Shown: positions 1-15,500, counted from the stretch's first letter. The stretch: 64,000 nucleotides of DNA from Eledone cirrhosa (GCA_964016885.1 OZ024741.1:211172001-211236000); one strand, 5' to 3'. Notes: generated by a model from the letters alone, not told the origin. Translations and numbers: made by a program.

Positions 1-3000
1 TCAGCCACAGTCCACTGTCTCAGCCTCAGTCCACCTATCTCAGCCACAGTCCACCTATCTCAGTCACAGTCCACGTATCTCAGCCAGAGTCCATTGTCTC
101 AGCCTCAGTCCACTGTCTCAGCCTCAGTACACCTATCTCAGCCAGAGTCCACTGTCTCAGCCTCAGTCCACCTATCTCAGCCACAGTCCACCTATCTCAG
201 CCACAGTCCACTGTCTCAGCCTCAGTCCACCTATCGTTGCCTCAGTCCACTGTCTCAGCCACAGTCCACCTATCTCAGCCACAGTCCATTGTCTCAGCCT
301 CAGTCCACTGTCTCAGCCTCAGTACACCTATCTCAGCCACAGTCCACTGTCTCAGCCTCAGTCCACCTATCTCAGCCACAGTCCACCTATCTCAGCCACA
401 GTCCACTGTCTCAGACAGAGTCCATTGTCTCAGCCTCAGTCCACTGTCTCAGCCTCAGTACACCTATCTCAGCCAGAGTCCACTGTCTCAGCCTCAGTCC
501 ACCTATCTCAGCCACAGTCCACCTATCTCAGCCACAGTCCACCTATCTCAGCCACAGTCCATTGTCTCAGCCTCAGTCCACTGTCTCATCCTCAGTACAC
601 CTATCTCAGCCACAGTCTCACTGTCTCAGCCTTAGTCCACCTATCTCAGCCACAGTCCACCTATCTCAGCCAGAGTCCACTGTCTCAGCCTCAGTCCACC
701 TATCTCTGCCTCAGTCCACTGTCTCAGCCACAGTCCACCTATCTCAGCCACAGTCCATTGTCTCAGCCTCAGTCCACTGTCTCATACTCAGTACACCTAT
801 CTCAGCCACAGTCTCACTGTCTCAGCCTTAGTCCACCTATCTCAGCCACAGTCCACCTATCTCAGCCATAGTCCACGTATCTCAGCCACAGTCCACTGTC
901 TCAGCCTCAGTCCACTGTCTCATTCTCAGTCCACTGTCTCAGCCACAGTCCACTGTCTCAGCCACAGTCCACCTATCTCAGCCACAGTTCACTGTCTCAG
1001 CCTCAGTCCACCTATCTCAGCCACAGTCCACCTATCTCAGCCACAGTCCACTGTCTCAGCCTCAGTCCACCTATCTCTGCCTCAGTCCACTGTCTCAGCC
1101 ACAGTCCACCTATCTCAGCCACAGTCCATTGTCTCAGCCTCTGTCCACTGTCTCAGTCTCAGTCCACTGTCTCAGCCACAGTCCACTGTCTCAGCCACAG
1201 TCCACCTATCTCAGCCACAGTCCACTGTCTCAGCCTCAGACCACCTATCTCAGCCACAGTCCACCTATCTCAACCACAGTCCACTGTCTCAGCCTCAGTC
1301 CACCTATCTCAGTCTCAGTCCACCTACCTCAGCCTCAGTCCACCTATCTCAGCCACAGTCCACCTATCTCAGCCACAGTCCACGTATCTCAGCCACAGTC
1401 CACTGTCTCAGCCTCTGTCCACTGTCTCAGTCTCAGTCCACTGTCTCAGCCACAGTCCACTGTCTCAGCCACAGTCCACCTATCTCAGCCACAGTCTCAC
1501 TGTCTCAGCCTTAGTCCACCTATCTCAGCCACAGTCCACCTATCTCAGCCACAGTCCACGTATCTCAGCCACAGTCCACTGTCTCAGCCTCTGTCCACTG
1601 TCTCAGTCTCAGTCCACTGTCTCAGCCACAGTCCACTGTCTCAGCCACAGTCCACCTATCTCAGCCACAGTCCACTGTCTCAGCCTCAGACCACCTATCT
1701 CAGCCACAGTCCACCTATCTCAACCACAGTCCACTGTCTCAGCCTCAGTCCACCTATCTCAGTCTCAGTCCACCTACCTCAGCCTCAGTCCACCTATCTC
1801 AGCCACAGTCCACCTATCTCAGCCACAGTCCACGTATCTCAGCCACAGTCCACTGTCTCAGCCTCAGTCCACCTATCTCAGTCTCAGTCCACCTACCTCA
1901 GCCTCAGTCCACTTATCTCAGTCTCAGTCCACCTATCTCAGCCACAGTCCACTTATCTCAGTCTCAGTCCACTGTCTCAGCCTCAGTCCACCTATCTCAG
2001 CCACAGTCCACTGTCTCATCCTCAGTCCACCTATCTCAGCCACAGTCCACAGTCTCAGCCTCAGTCCACCTATCTCAGTCTCAGTCCACTGTCTCATCCT
2101 CAGTCCACCTATCTCAGCCTCAGTCCACCTATCTCAGCCACAGTCCACTTATCTCAGTCTCAGTCCACTGTCTCAGCCACAGTCCACTGTCTCATCCTCA
2201 GTCCACCTATCTCAGCCACAGTCCACTGTCTCAGCCACAGTCCACTGTCTCAGCCTCAGTCCACTGTCTCAGCCACAGTCCACCTATCTCAGCCACAGTC
2301 CACTGTCTCAGCCACAGTCCACCTATCTCAGCCTCAGTCCACTGTCTCAGTCTCAGTCCACTGTCTCAGCCACAGTCCACTGTCTCAGCCTCAGTCCACC
2401 TATCTCAGCCACAGTCCACTTATCTCAGTCTCAGTCCACTGTCTCATCCTCAGTCAACCTATCTCAGCCACAGTCCACTGTCTCAGCCTCAGTCCACTGT
2501 CTCAGCCACAGTCCACAGTCTCAGCCTCAGTCCACCTATCTCAGTCTCAGTCCACCTATCTCAGTCTCAGTCCACCTATCTCAGCTTCAGTCCACCTATC
2601 TCAGCCACAGTCCACCTATCTCAGCCTCAGTCCACTGTCTCAGTCTCAGTCCACTGTCTCAGCCACAGTCCACTGACTCAGCCACAATCCACCTATCTCA
2701 GCCCCAGTCCACTGTCTCAGTCTCAGTCCACTGTCTCAGCCACAGTCCACCTATCTCAGCCACAGTCCACCTATCTCAGCCACAGACCACTTATCTCAGT
2801 CTCAGTCCACCTATCTCAGTCTCAGTCCACTGTCTCAGCCTCAGTCCACCTATCTCAGTCACAGTCCACCTATCTCAGCCTCAGTCCACTGTCTCAGCCA
2901 CAGACCACTTATCTCAGTCTCAGTCCACCTATCTCAGTCTCAGTCCACCTATCTCAGCCTCAGTCCACCTATCTCAGCCACAGTCCACCTATCTCAGCCA

Positions 3001-3599
3001 CAGTCCACTGTCTCATCCTCAGTCAACCTATCTCAGCCACAGTCCACAGTCTCAGCCTCAGTCCACCTATCTCAGCCACAGTCTCACTGTCTCAGCCTCA
3101 GTCCACTCTCTCAGCCACAGTCCACTTATGTCAGTCTCAGTCCACTGTCTCAGCCAGAGTCCACTGTCTCAGCCTCAGTCCACTGTCTCAGCCACAGTCC
3201 ACAGTCTCAGCCTCAGTCCACCTATCTCAGTCTCAGTCCACCTATCTCAGTCTCAGTCCACCTATCTCAGCTTCAGTCCACCTATCTCAGCCACAGTCCA
3301 CCTATCTCAGCCTCAGTCCACTGTCTCAGTCTCAGTCCACTCTCTCAGCCACAGTCCACTGTCTCAGCCACAGTCCACCTATCTCAGCCTCAGTCCACTG
3401 TCTCAGTCTCAGTCCACTGTCTCAGCCACAGTCCACCTATCTCAGCCACAGTCCACCTATCTCAGCCACAGACCACTTATCTCAGTCTCAGTCCACCTAT
3501 CTCAGTCTCAGTCCACTGTCTCAGCCTCAGTCCACCTATCTCAGTCACAGTCCACCTATCTCAGTCTCAGTCCACTGTCTCAGCCACAGACCACTTATC

Positions 3600-6500
3600 T
3601 CAGTCTCAGTCCACCTATCTCAGCCTCAGTCCACGTATCTCAGCCACAGTCCACTATCTCAGCCTCAGTCCACTGTCTCAGTCTCAGTCCACAGTCTCAG
3701 CCACAGTCCACTGTCTCAGCCACGGTCCACCTATCTCAGCCACAGTCCACTGTCTCAGCCTCAGTCCACCTATCTCAGCAACAGTCCACCTATCTCAGCC
3801 ACAGTCCACTGTCTCAGCCTCAGTCCACCTATCTCAGCCACAGTCCACCTATCTCAGCCACAGTCCACTGTCTCAGCCACAGTCCATTGTCTCAGCCTCA
3901 GTCCACTGTCTCAGCCTCAGTACACCTATCTCAGCCACAGTCCACCTATCTCAGCCACAGTCCACTGTCTCAGCCACAGTCCACTGTCTCAGCCTCAGTC
4001 CACTGTCTCAGCCTCAGTCCACCTATCTCAGCAACAGTCCACTGTCTCAGCCACAGTCCACTGTCTCAGCCTCAGTTCACTGTCTCAGCGACAGTCCACT
4101 GTCTCAGCTACAGTCCACTGTCTGAGCCACAGTCCATTGTCTCAGCCTCAGTCCACTGTCTCAGCCTCAGTACACCTATCTCAGCCACAGTCCACTGTCT
4201 CAGCCTCAGTCCACCTATCTCAGCCACAGTCCACCTATCTCAGCCACAGTCCACTGTCTCAGCCACAGTCCATTGTCTCAGCCTCAGTCCACTGTCTCAT
4301 CCTCACTACACCTATCTCAGCCACAGTCCACTGTCTCAGCCTCAGTCCACCTATCTCAGCCACAGTCCACCTATCTCAGCCACAGTCCACTGTCTCAGCC
4401 ACAGTCCATTGTCTCAGCCTCAGTCCACCGTCTCAGCCTCAGTACACCTATCTCAGCCACAGTCCACTGTCTCAGCCACAATCCACCTATCTCAGCCAGA
4501 GTCCACCGTCTCAGCCACAGTCCACTGTCTCAGCCACAGTCCACTGTCTCAGTCTCAGTCCACTGTCTCAGCCTCAGTCCACCTATCTCAGTCTCAGTCC
4601 ACTGTCTCTGCCTCAGTCCACCTATCTCAGTCACAGTCCACTGTCTCAGCCACAGTCCACTGTCTCAGCCACAGTCCACCTATCTCAGCCACAGTCCACC
4701 TATCTCAGCCACAGTCCACTTATCTCAGTCTCAGTCCACTGTCTCAGCCACAGTCCACTGTCTCAGTCTCAGTCCACTGTCTCAGCCTCAGTCCACTGTC
4801 TCAGCCTCAGTCCACTGTCTTAGCCTCAGTCCACCTATCTCAGTCTCAGTCCACTGTCTCAGCCACAGTCCACTGTCTCTATCTCGGTCCACCTATCTCA
4901 GCCACAGTCCACTGTCTCAGCCACAGTCCACTGTCTCAGCCACAGTCCACTGTCTCAGCTACAGTCCACTGTCTCAGCCACAGTCCACTGTCTCAGCCTC
5001 AGTCCACTGTCTCAGCCACAGTCCACTTATCTCAGCCTCAGTCCACTGTCTCAGTCTCAGTCCACCTATCTCAGCCACAGTCCACTTATCTCAGCCACAG
5101 TCCACTGTCTCAGCCTCAGTCCACTGTCTCAGCCTCAGTCCACCTATCTCAGCCACAGTCCACTGTCTCAGCCACAGACCACTTATCTCAGTCTCAGTCC
5201 ACCTATCTCAGCCACAGTCCACTTATCTCAGTCTCAGTCCACTGTCTCAGCCACAGTCCACTGTCTCATCCTCAGTCCACCTATCTCAGCCACAGTCCAC
5301 AGTCTCAGCCTCAGTCCACCTACCTCAGCCTCAGTCCACCTATCTCAGCCACAGTCCACGTATCTCAGCCACAGTCCACTGTCTCAGCCTCAGTCCACTG
5401 TCTCAGCCACAGTCCACTGTCTCAGCCTCAATACACCTATCTCAGCCACAGTCCACTGTCTCAGCCACAGTCCACTGTCTCAGCCTCAGTCCACAGTCTC
5501 AGCCACAGTCCACCTATCTTAGCCACAGTCCACTGTCTCAGCCACAGTCCACCTATCTCAGCCTCAGTCCACTGTCTCAGTCTCAGTCCACTGTCTCAGC
5601 CACAGTCCACCTATCTCAGCCACAGTCCACCTATCTCAGCCACAGACCACTTATCTCAGTCTCAGTCCACCTATCTCAGTCTCAGTCCACTGTCTCAGCC
5701 TCAGTCCACCTATCTCAGTCACAGTCCACCTATCTCAGTCTCAGTCCACTGTCTCAGCCACAGACCACTTATCTCAGTCTCAGTCCACCTATCTCAGTCT
5801 CAGTCCACCTATCTCAGCCTCAGTCCACCTATCTCAGCCACAGTCCACCTATCTCAGCCACAGTCCACTGTCTCATCCTCAGTCAACCTATCTCAGCCAC
5901 AGTCCACAGTCTCAGCCTCAGTCCACCTATCTCAGCCACAGTCTCACTGTCTCAGCCTCAGTCCACTCTCTCAGCCACAGTCCACTTATCTCAGTCTCAG
6001 TCCACTGTCTCAGCCACAGTCCACTGTCTCAGCCTCAGTCCACCTATCTCAGCCACAGTCCACTGTCTCAGCCTCAGTCCACTGTCTCAGCCACAGTCCA
6101 CCTATCTCAGTCTCAGTCCACCTATCTCAGTCTCAGTCCACCTATCTCAGCTTCAGTCCACCTATCTCAGCCACAGTCCACCTATCTCAGCCTCAGTCCA
6201 CTGTCTCAGTCTCAGTCCACTGTCTCAGCCACAGTCCACCTATCTCAGTCACAGTCCACCTATCTCAGTCTCAGTCCACAGTCTCAGCCTCAGTCCACCT
6301 ATCTCAGCCACAGTCCACAGTCTCAGCCTCAGTCCACCTATCTCAGCCACAGTCTCACTGTCTCAGCCTCAGTCCACTCTCTCAGCCACAGACCACTTAT
6401 CTCAGTCTCAGTCCACCTATCTCAGTCTCAGTCCACTGTCTCAGCCTCAGTCCACCTATCTCAGTCACAGTCCACCTATCTCAGTCTCAGTCCACTGTCT

Positions 6501-9500
6501 CAGCCACAGACCACTTATCTCAGTCTCAGTCCACCTATCTCAGTCTCAGTCCACCTATCTCAGCCTCAGTCCACCTATCTCAGCCACACCACAGTCCACC
6601 TATCTCAGCCACAGTCCACTGTCTCATCCTCAGTCAACCTATCTCAGCCACAGTCCACAGTCTCAGCCTCAGTCCACCTATCTCAGCCACAGTCTCACTG
6701 TCTCAGCCTCAGTCCACTCTCTCAGCCACAGTCCACTTATCTCAGTCTCAGTCCACTGTCTCAGCCACAGTCCACTGTCTCAGCGTCAGTCCACTGTCTC
6801 AGCCACAGTCCACAGTCTCAGCCTCAGTCCACCTATCTCAGTCTCAGTCCACCTATCTCAGTCTCAGTCCACCTATCTCAGCTTCAGTCCACCTATCTCA
6901 GCCACAGTCCACCTATCTCAGCCTCAGTCCACTGTCTCAGTCTCAGTCCACTGTCTCAGCCACAGACCACTTATCTCAGTCTCAGTCCACCTATCTCAGC
7001 CTCAGTCCACCTATCTCAGCCACAGTCCACCTATCTCAGCCACAGTCCACTGTCTCATCCTCAGTCAACCTATCTCAGCCACAGTCCACAGTCTCAGCCT
7101 CAGTCCACCTATCTCAGTCTCAGTCCACCTACCTCAGCCTCAGTCAACCTATCTCAGCCATAGTCCACCTATCTCAGCCACAGTCCACAGTCTCAGCCTC
7201 AGTCAACCTATCTCAGTCTCAGTCCACCTACCTCAGCCTCAGTCAACCTATCTCAGCCATAGTCCACCTATCTCAGCCACAGTCCACAGTCTCAGCCTCA
7301 GTCCACTGTCTCAGTCTCAGTCCACTGTCTCAGCCACAGTCCACTGTCTCAGCCTCAGTACACCTATCTCAGCCACAGTCCACTGTCTCAGCCTCAGTAC
7401 ACCTATCTCAGTCTCAGTCCACTGTCTCAGCCACAGTCCACTGTCTCAGCCACAATCCACCTAACTCATCCAGAGTCCACTGTCTCAGCCACAGTCCACT
7501 GTCTCAGCCTCAGTCCACTGTCTCAGCCTCAGTCCACCTATCTCAGCCACAGTCCACCTATCTCAGCCACAGTCCACTGTCTCAGCCTCAGTACACCTAT
7601 CTCAGCCACAGTCCACTGTCTCAGCCTCAGTACACCTATCTCAGTCTCAGTCCACTGTCTCAGCTACAGTCCACTGTCTGAGCCACAGTCCATTGTCTCA
7701 GCCTCAGTCCACTGTCTCAGCCTCAGTACACCTATCTCAGCCACAGTCCACTGTCTCAGCCTCAGTCCACCTATCTCAGCCACAGTCCACCTATCTCAGC
7801 CACAGTCCACTGTCTCAGCCACAGTCCATTGTCTCAGCCTCAGTCCACTGTCTCATCCTCAGTACACCTATCTCAGCCACAGTCCACTGTCTCAGCCTCA
7901 GTCCACCTATCTCAGCCACAGTCCACCTATCTCAGCCACAGTCCACTGTCTCAGCCACAGTCCATTGTCTCAGCCTCAGTCCACCGTCTCAGCCTCAGTA
8001 CACCTATCTCAGCCACAGTCCACTGTCTCAGCCACAATCCACCTATCTCAGCCAGAGTCCACCGTCTCAGCCACAGTCCACTGTCTCAGCCACAGTCCAC
8101 TGTCTCAGTCTCAGTCCACTGTCTCAGCCTCAGTCCACCTATCTCAGTCTCAGTCCACCGTCTCAGCCTCAGTCCACCTATCTCAGTCACAGTCCACTGT
8201 CTCAGCCACAGTCCACTGTCTCAGCCACAGTCCACCTATCTCAGCCACAGTCCACCTATCTCAGCCACAGTCCACTTATCTCAGTCTCAGTCCACTGTCT
8301 CAGCCACAGTCCACTGTCTCAGTCTCAGTCCACTGTCTCAGCCTCAGTCCACTGTCTTAGCCTCAGTCCACCTATCTCAGTCTCAGTCCACTGTCTCAGC
8401 CACAGTCCACTGTCTCTATCTCGGTCCACCTATCTCAGCCACAGTCCACTGTCTCAGCCACAGTCCACTGTCTCAGCTACATTCCACTGTCTCAGCCACA
8501 GTCCACTGTCTCAGCCTCAGTCCACTGTCTCAGCCACAGTCCACTTATCTCAGCCTCAGTCCACTGTCTCAGTCTCAGTCCACCTATCTCAGCGACAGTC
8601 CACTTATCTCAGCCACAGTCCACTGTCTCAGCCTCAGTCCACTGTCTCAGCCACAGTCCACTTATCTCAGTCTCAGTCCACTGTCTCAGCCACAGTCCAC
8701 TGTCTCATCCTCAGTCCACCTATCTCAGCCACAGTCCACAGTCTCAGCCTCAGTCCACCTACCTCAGCCTCAGTCCACCTATCTCAGCCACAGTCCACGT
8801 ATCTCAGCCACAGTCCACTGTCTCAGCCTCAGTCCACTGTCTCAGCCACATTCCACTGTCTCAGCCACAGTCCACCTATCTCAGCCACAGTCCACTGTCT
8901 CTGCCACAGACCACTGTCTCAGCCACAGTCCACTGTCTCAGCCTCAGTCCACTGTCTCAGCCTCAGTCCACCTATCTCAGCCACAGTCCACTGTCTCAGC
9001 CACAGTCCACTGTCTCAGCCACAGTCCACTGTCTCAGCCTCAGTCCACTGTCTCAGCCACAGTCCACTGTCTCAGCCTCAATACACCTATCTCAGCCACA
9101 GTCCACTGTCTCAGCCACAGTCCACTGTCTCAGCCTCAGTCCACTGTCTCAGCCACAGTCCACCTATCTTAGCCACAGTCCACTGTCTCAGCCACAGTCC
9201 ACCTATCTCAGCCTCAGTCCACTGTCTCAGTCTCAGTCCACTGTCTCAGCCACAGTCCACCTATCTCATCCACAGTCCACCTATCTCAGCCACAGACCAC
9301 TTATCTCAGTCTCAGTCCACCTATCTCAGTCTCAGTCCACTGTCTCAGCCTCAGTCCACCTATCTCAGTCACAGTCCACCTATCTCAGTCTCAGTCCACT
9401 GTCTCAGCCACAGACCACTTATCTCAGTCTCAGTCCACCTATCTCAGTCTCAGTCCACCTATCTCAGCCTCAGTCCACCTATCTCAGCCACAGTCCACCT

Positions 9501-12500
9501 ATCTCAGCCACAGTCCACTGTCTCATCCTCAGTCAACCTATCTCAGCCACAGTCCACAGTCTCAGCCTCAGTCCACCTATCTCAGCCACAGTCTCACTGT
9601 CTCAGCCTCAGTCCACTCTCTCAGCCACAGTCCACTTATCTCAGTCTCAGTCCACTGTCTCAGCCACAGTCCACTGTCTCAGCCTCAGTCCACCTATCTC
9701 AGCCACAGTCCACTGTCTCAGCCTCAGTCCACTGTCTCAGCCACAGTCCACCTATCTCAGTCTCAGTCCACCTATCTCAGTCTCAGTCCACCTATCTCAG
9801 CTTCAGTCCACCTATCTCAGCCACAGTCCACCTATCTCAGCCTCAGTCCACTGTCTCAGTCTCAGTCCACTGTCTCAGCCACAGTCCACCTATCTCAGTC
9901 ACAGTCCACCTATCTCAGTCTCAGTCCACAGTCTCAGCCTCAGTCCACCTATCTCAGCCACAGTCCACAGTCTCAGCCTCAGTCCACCTATCTCAGCCAC
10001 AGTCTCACTGTCTCAGCCTCAGTCCACTCTCTCAGCCACAGACCACTTATCTCAGTCTCAGTCCACCTATCTCAGTCTCAGTCCACTGTCTCAGCCTCAG
10101 TCCACCTATCTCAGTCACAGTCCACCTATCTCAGTCTCAGTCCACTGTCTCAGCCACAGACCACTTATCTCAGTCTCAGTCCACCTATCTCAGTCTCAGT
10201 CCACCTATCTCAGCCTCAGTCCACCTATCTCAGCCACACCACAGTCCACCTATCTCAGCCACAGTCCACTGTCTCATCCTCAGTCAACCTATCTCAGCCA
10301 CAGTCCACAGTCTCAGCCTCAGTCCACCTATCTCAGCCACAGTCTCACTGTCTCAGCCTCAGTCCACTGTCTCAGCCACAGTCCACTGTCTCAGCGTCAG
10401 TCCACTGTCTCAGCCACAGTCCACAGTCTCAGCCTCAGTCCACTGTCTCAGCCACAGTCCACAGTCTCAGCCTCAGTCCACCTATCTCAGTCTCAGTCCA
10501 CCTATCTCAGTCTCAGTCCACCTATCTCAGCTTCAGTCCACCTATCTCAGCCACAGTCCACCTATCTCAGCCTCAGTCCACTGTCTCAGTCTCAGTCCAC
10601 TGTCTCAGCCACAGACCACTTATCTCAGTCTCAGTCCACCTATCTCAGCCTCAGTCCACCTATCTCAGCCACAGTCCACCTATCTCAGCCACAGTCCACT
10701 GTCTCATCCTCAGTCAACCTATCTCAGCCACAGTCCACAGTCTCAGCCTCAGTCCACCTATCTCAGTCTCAGTCCACCTACCTCAGCCTCAGTCAACCTA
10801 TCTCAGCCATAGTCCACCTATCTCAGCCACAGTCCACTGTCTCATCCTCAGTCAACCTATCTCAGCCACAGTCCACAGTCTCAGCCTCAGTCCACTGTCT
10901 CAGTCTCAGTCCACTGTCTCAGCCACAGTCCACTGTCTCAGCCTCAGTACACCTATCTCAGCCACAGTCCACTGTCTCAGCCTCAGTACACCTATCTCAG
11001 TCTCAGTCCACTGTCTCAGCCACAGTCCACTGTCTCAGCCACAATCCACCTAACTCATCCAGAGTCCACTGTCTCAGCCACAGTCCACTGTCTCAGCCTC
11101 AGTCCACTGTCTCAGCCTCAGTCCACCTATCTCAGCCACAGTCCACCTATCTCAGCCACAGTCCACTGTCTCAGCCTCAGTACACCTATCTCAGCCACAG
11201 TCCACTGTCTCAGCCTCAGTACACCTATCTCAGTCTCAGTCCACTGTCTCAGCTACAGTCCACTGTCTGAGCCACAGTCCATTGTCTCAGCCTCAGTCCA
11301 CTGTCTCAGCCTCAGTACACCTATCTCAGCCACAGTCCACTGTCTCAGCCTCAGTCCACCTATCTCAGCCACAGTCCACCTATCTCAGCCACAGTCCACT
11401 GTCTCAGCCACAGTCCATTGTCTCAGCCTCAGTCCACTGTCTCATCCTCAGTACACCTATCTCAGCCACAGTCCACTGTCTCAGCCTCAGTCCACCTATC
11501 TCAGCCACAGTCCACCTATCTCAGCCACAGTCCACTGTCTCAGCCACAGTCCATTGTCTCAGCCTCAGTCCACCGTCTCAGCCTCAGTACACCTATCTCA
11601 GCCACAGTCCACTGTCTCAGCCACAATCCACCTATCTCAGCCAGAGTCCACCGTCTCAGCCACAGTCCACTGTCTCAGCCACAGTCCACTGTCTCAGTCT
11701 CAGTCCACTGTCTCAGCCTCAGTCCACCTATCTCAGTCTCAGTCCACCGTCTCAGCCTCAGTCCACCTATCTCAGTCACAGTCCACTGTCTCAGCCACAG
11801 TCCACTGTCTCAGCCACAGTCCACCTATCTCAGCCACAGTCCACCTATCTCAGCCACAGTCCACTTATCTCAGTCTCAGTCCACTGTCTCAGCCACAGTC
11901 CACTGTCTCAGTCTCAGTCCACTGTCTCAGCCTCAGTCCACTGTCTTAGCCTCAGTCCACCTATCTCAGTCTCAGTCCACTGTCTCAGCCACAGTCCACT
12001 GTCTCTATCTCGGTCCACCTATCTCAGCCACAGTCCACTGTCTCAGCCACAGTCCACTGTCTCAGCCACAGTCCACTGTCTCAGCTACAGTCCACTGTCT
12101 CAGCCACAGTCCACTGTCTCAGCCTCAGTCCACTGTCTCAGCCACAGTCCACTTATCTCAGCCTCAGTCCACTGTCTCAGTCTCAGTCCACCTATCTCAG
12201 CGACAGTCCACTTATCTCAGCCACAGTCCACTGTCTCAGCCTCAGTCCACTGTCTCAGCCACAGTCCACTTATCTCAGTCTCAGTCCACTGTCTCAGCCA
12301 CAGTCCACTGTCTCATCCTCAGTCCACCTATCTCAGCCACAGTCCACAGTCTCAGCCTCAGTCCACCTACCTCAGCCTCAGTCCACCTATCTCAGCCACA
12401 GTCCACGTATCTCAGCCACAGTCCACTGTCTCAGCCTCAGTCCACTGTCTCAGCCACATTCCACTGTCTCAGCCACAGTCCACCTATCTCAGCCACAGTC

Positions 12501-15500
12501 CACTGTCTCTGCCACAGTCCACTGTCTCAGCCACAGTCCACTGTCTCAGCCTCAGTCCACTGTCTCAGCCTCAGTCCACCTATCTCAGCCACAGTCCACT
12601 GTCTCAGCCACAGTCCACTGTCTCAGCCACAGTCCACTGTCTCAGCCTCAGTCCACTGTCTCAGACAGAATCCACCTATCTCAGCCACAGTCCACTGTCT
12701 CAGCCTCAGTCCACTGTCTCAGCCACAGTCCACCTATCTCAGCCACAGTCCACTGTCTCAGCCACAGTCCACCGTCTCAGCCACAGTCCACTGTCTCAGC
12801 CTCAGTCCACTGTCTCAGTCTCAGTCCACCTATCTCAGCCACAGTCCACTGTCTCAGCCTCAGTCCACCTATCTCAGCCACAGTCCACTGTCTCAGCCAC
12901 AGTCCACTGTATCAGCCACAGTCCACTGTCTCAGCCTCAGTCCACTGTCTCAGTCTCAGTCCACTTATCTCATCCACAGTCCACTGTCTCAGCCACAGTC
13001 CACTGTCTCAGCCACAATCCACCTATCTCAGTCTCAGTCCACTGTCTCAGCCACAGTCCACTGTCTCAGTCTCAGTCCACCTATCTCAGCCACAGTCCAC
13101 TGTCTCAGCCTCAGTCCACTGTCTCAGCCACAGTCCACTGTCTCAGCATCAGTCCACCTACCTCAGCCTCAGTCCACTGTCTCAGCCTCAGTCCACTGTC
13201 TCAGCCACAGTCCACCTATCTCAGCCACAGTCCACTGTCTCAGCCACAGTCCACCGTCTCAGCCACAGTCCACTGTCTCAGCCTCAGTCCACTGTCTCAG
13301 TCTCAGTCCACCTATCTCAGCCACAGTCCACTGTCTCAGCCTCAGTCCACCTATCTCAGCCACAGTCCACTGTCTCAGCCACAGTCCACTGTATCAGCCA
13401 CAGTTCACTGTCTCAGCCTCAGTCCACTGTCTCAGTCTCAGTCCACCTATCTCAGCCACAGTCCACTGTCTCAGCCACAGTCCACTGTCTCAGCCACAAT
13501 CCACCTATCTCAGTCTCAGTCCACTGTCTCAGCCACAGTCCACTGTCTCAGTCTCAGTCCACCTATCTCAGCCACAGTCCACTGTCTCAGCCTCAGTCCA
13601 CTGTCTCAGCCACAGTCCACTGTCTCAGCCTCAGTTCACCTATCTCAGTCTCAGTCCACTGTCTCAGCCACAGTCCACTTATCTCAGCCAGAGTCCACTG
13701 TCTCAGCCACAGTCCACTGTCTCAGTCTCAGTCCACCTATCTCAGTCTCAGTCCACCTATCTCAGTCTCAGTCCACTGTCTCAGCCACAGTCCACTGTCT
13801 CAGCCTCAGTCCACCTATCTCAGCCTCAGTCCACTGTCTCAGCCACAGTCCACTTATCTCAGCCTCAGTCCATCTATCTCAGTCTCAGTCCACCTATCTC
13901 AGTCTCAGTCCACCTATCTCAGCTTCAGTCCACCTATCTCAGCCACAGTCCACCTATCTCAGCCTCAGTCCACTGTCTCAGTCTCAGTCCACTGTCTCAG
14001 CCACAGACCACTTATCTCAGTCTCAGTCCACCTATCTCAGCCTCAGTCCACCTATCTCAGCCACAGTCCACCTATCTCAGCCACAGTCCACTGTCTCATC
14101 CTCAGTCAACCTATCTCAGCCACAGTCCACAGTCTCAGCCTCAGTCCACCTATCTCAGTCTCAGTCCACCTACCTCAGCCTCAGTCAACCTATCTCAGCC
14201 ATAGTCCACCTATCTCAGCCACAGTCCACTGTCTCATCCTCAGTCAACCTATCTCAGCCTCAGTCCACTGTCTCAGTCTCAGTCCACTGTCTCAGCCACA
14301 GTCCACTGTCTCAGCCTCAGTACACCTATCTCAGCCACAGTCCACTGTCTCAGCCTCAGTACACCTATGTCAGTCTCAGTCCACTGTCTCAGCCACAGTC
14401 CACTGTCTCAGCCACAATCCACCTAACTCAGCCAGAGTCCACTGTCTCAGCCACAGTCCACTGTCTCAGCCTCAGTCCACTGTCTCAGCCTCAGTCCACC
14501 TATCTCAGCCACAGTCCACCTATCTCAGCCACAGTCCACTGTCTCAGCCTCAGTCCACCTATCTCAGCCACAGTCCACCTATCTCAGTCTCAGTCCACCT
14601 ACCTCAGCCTCAGTCCACCTATCTCAGCCACAGTCCACGTATCTCAGCCACAGTCCACTATCTCAGCCTCAGTCCACTGTCTCAGTCTCAGTCCGCAGTC
14701 TCAGCCACAGTCCACTGTCTCAGCCACAGTCCACCTATCTCAGCCACAGTCCACTGTCTCAGCCTCAGTCCACCTATCTCAGCCACAGTCCACTTATCTC
14801 AGCCACAGTCCACTGTCTCAGCCTCAGTCCACCTATCTCAGCCACAGTCCACCTATCTCAGCCACAGTCCACTGTCTCAGCTACAGTCCACTGTCTCAGC
14901 CTCAGTCCACTGTCTCAGCCTCAGTCCACCTATCCCAGCCACAGTCTACTGTCTCAGCCACAGTCCACTGTCTCAGCCTCAGTTCACTGTCTCAGCCACA
15001 GTCCACTGTCTCAGCTACAGTCCACTGTCTGAGCCACAGTCCATTGTCTCAGCCTCAGTCCACTGTCTCAGCCTCAGTACACCTATCTCAGCCACAGTCC
15101 ACTGTCTCAGCCTCAGTCCACCTATCTCAGCCACAGTCCACCTATCTCAGCCACAGTCCACTGTCTCAGCCACAGTCCATTGTCTCAGCCTCAGTCCACT
15201 GTCTCATCCTCAGTACACCTATCTCAGCCACAGTCCACTGTCTCAGCCTCAGTCCACCTATCTCAGCCACAGTCCACCTATCTCAGCCACAGTCCACTGT
15301 CTCAGCCACAGTCCATTGTCTCAGCCTCAGTCCACCGTCTCAGCCTCAGTACACCTATCTCAGCCACAGTCCACTGTCTCAGCCACAATCCACCTATCTC
15401 AGCCAGAGTCCACCGTCTCAGCCACAGTCCACTGTCTCAGCCACAGTCCACTGTCTCAGTCTCAGTCCACTGTCTCAGCCTCAGTCCACCTATCTCAGTC

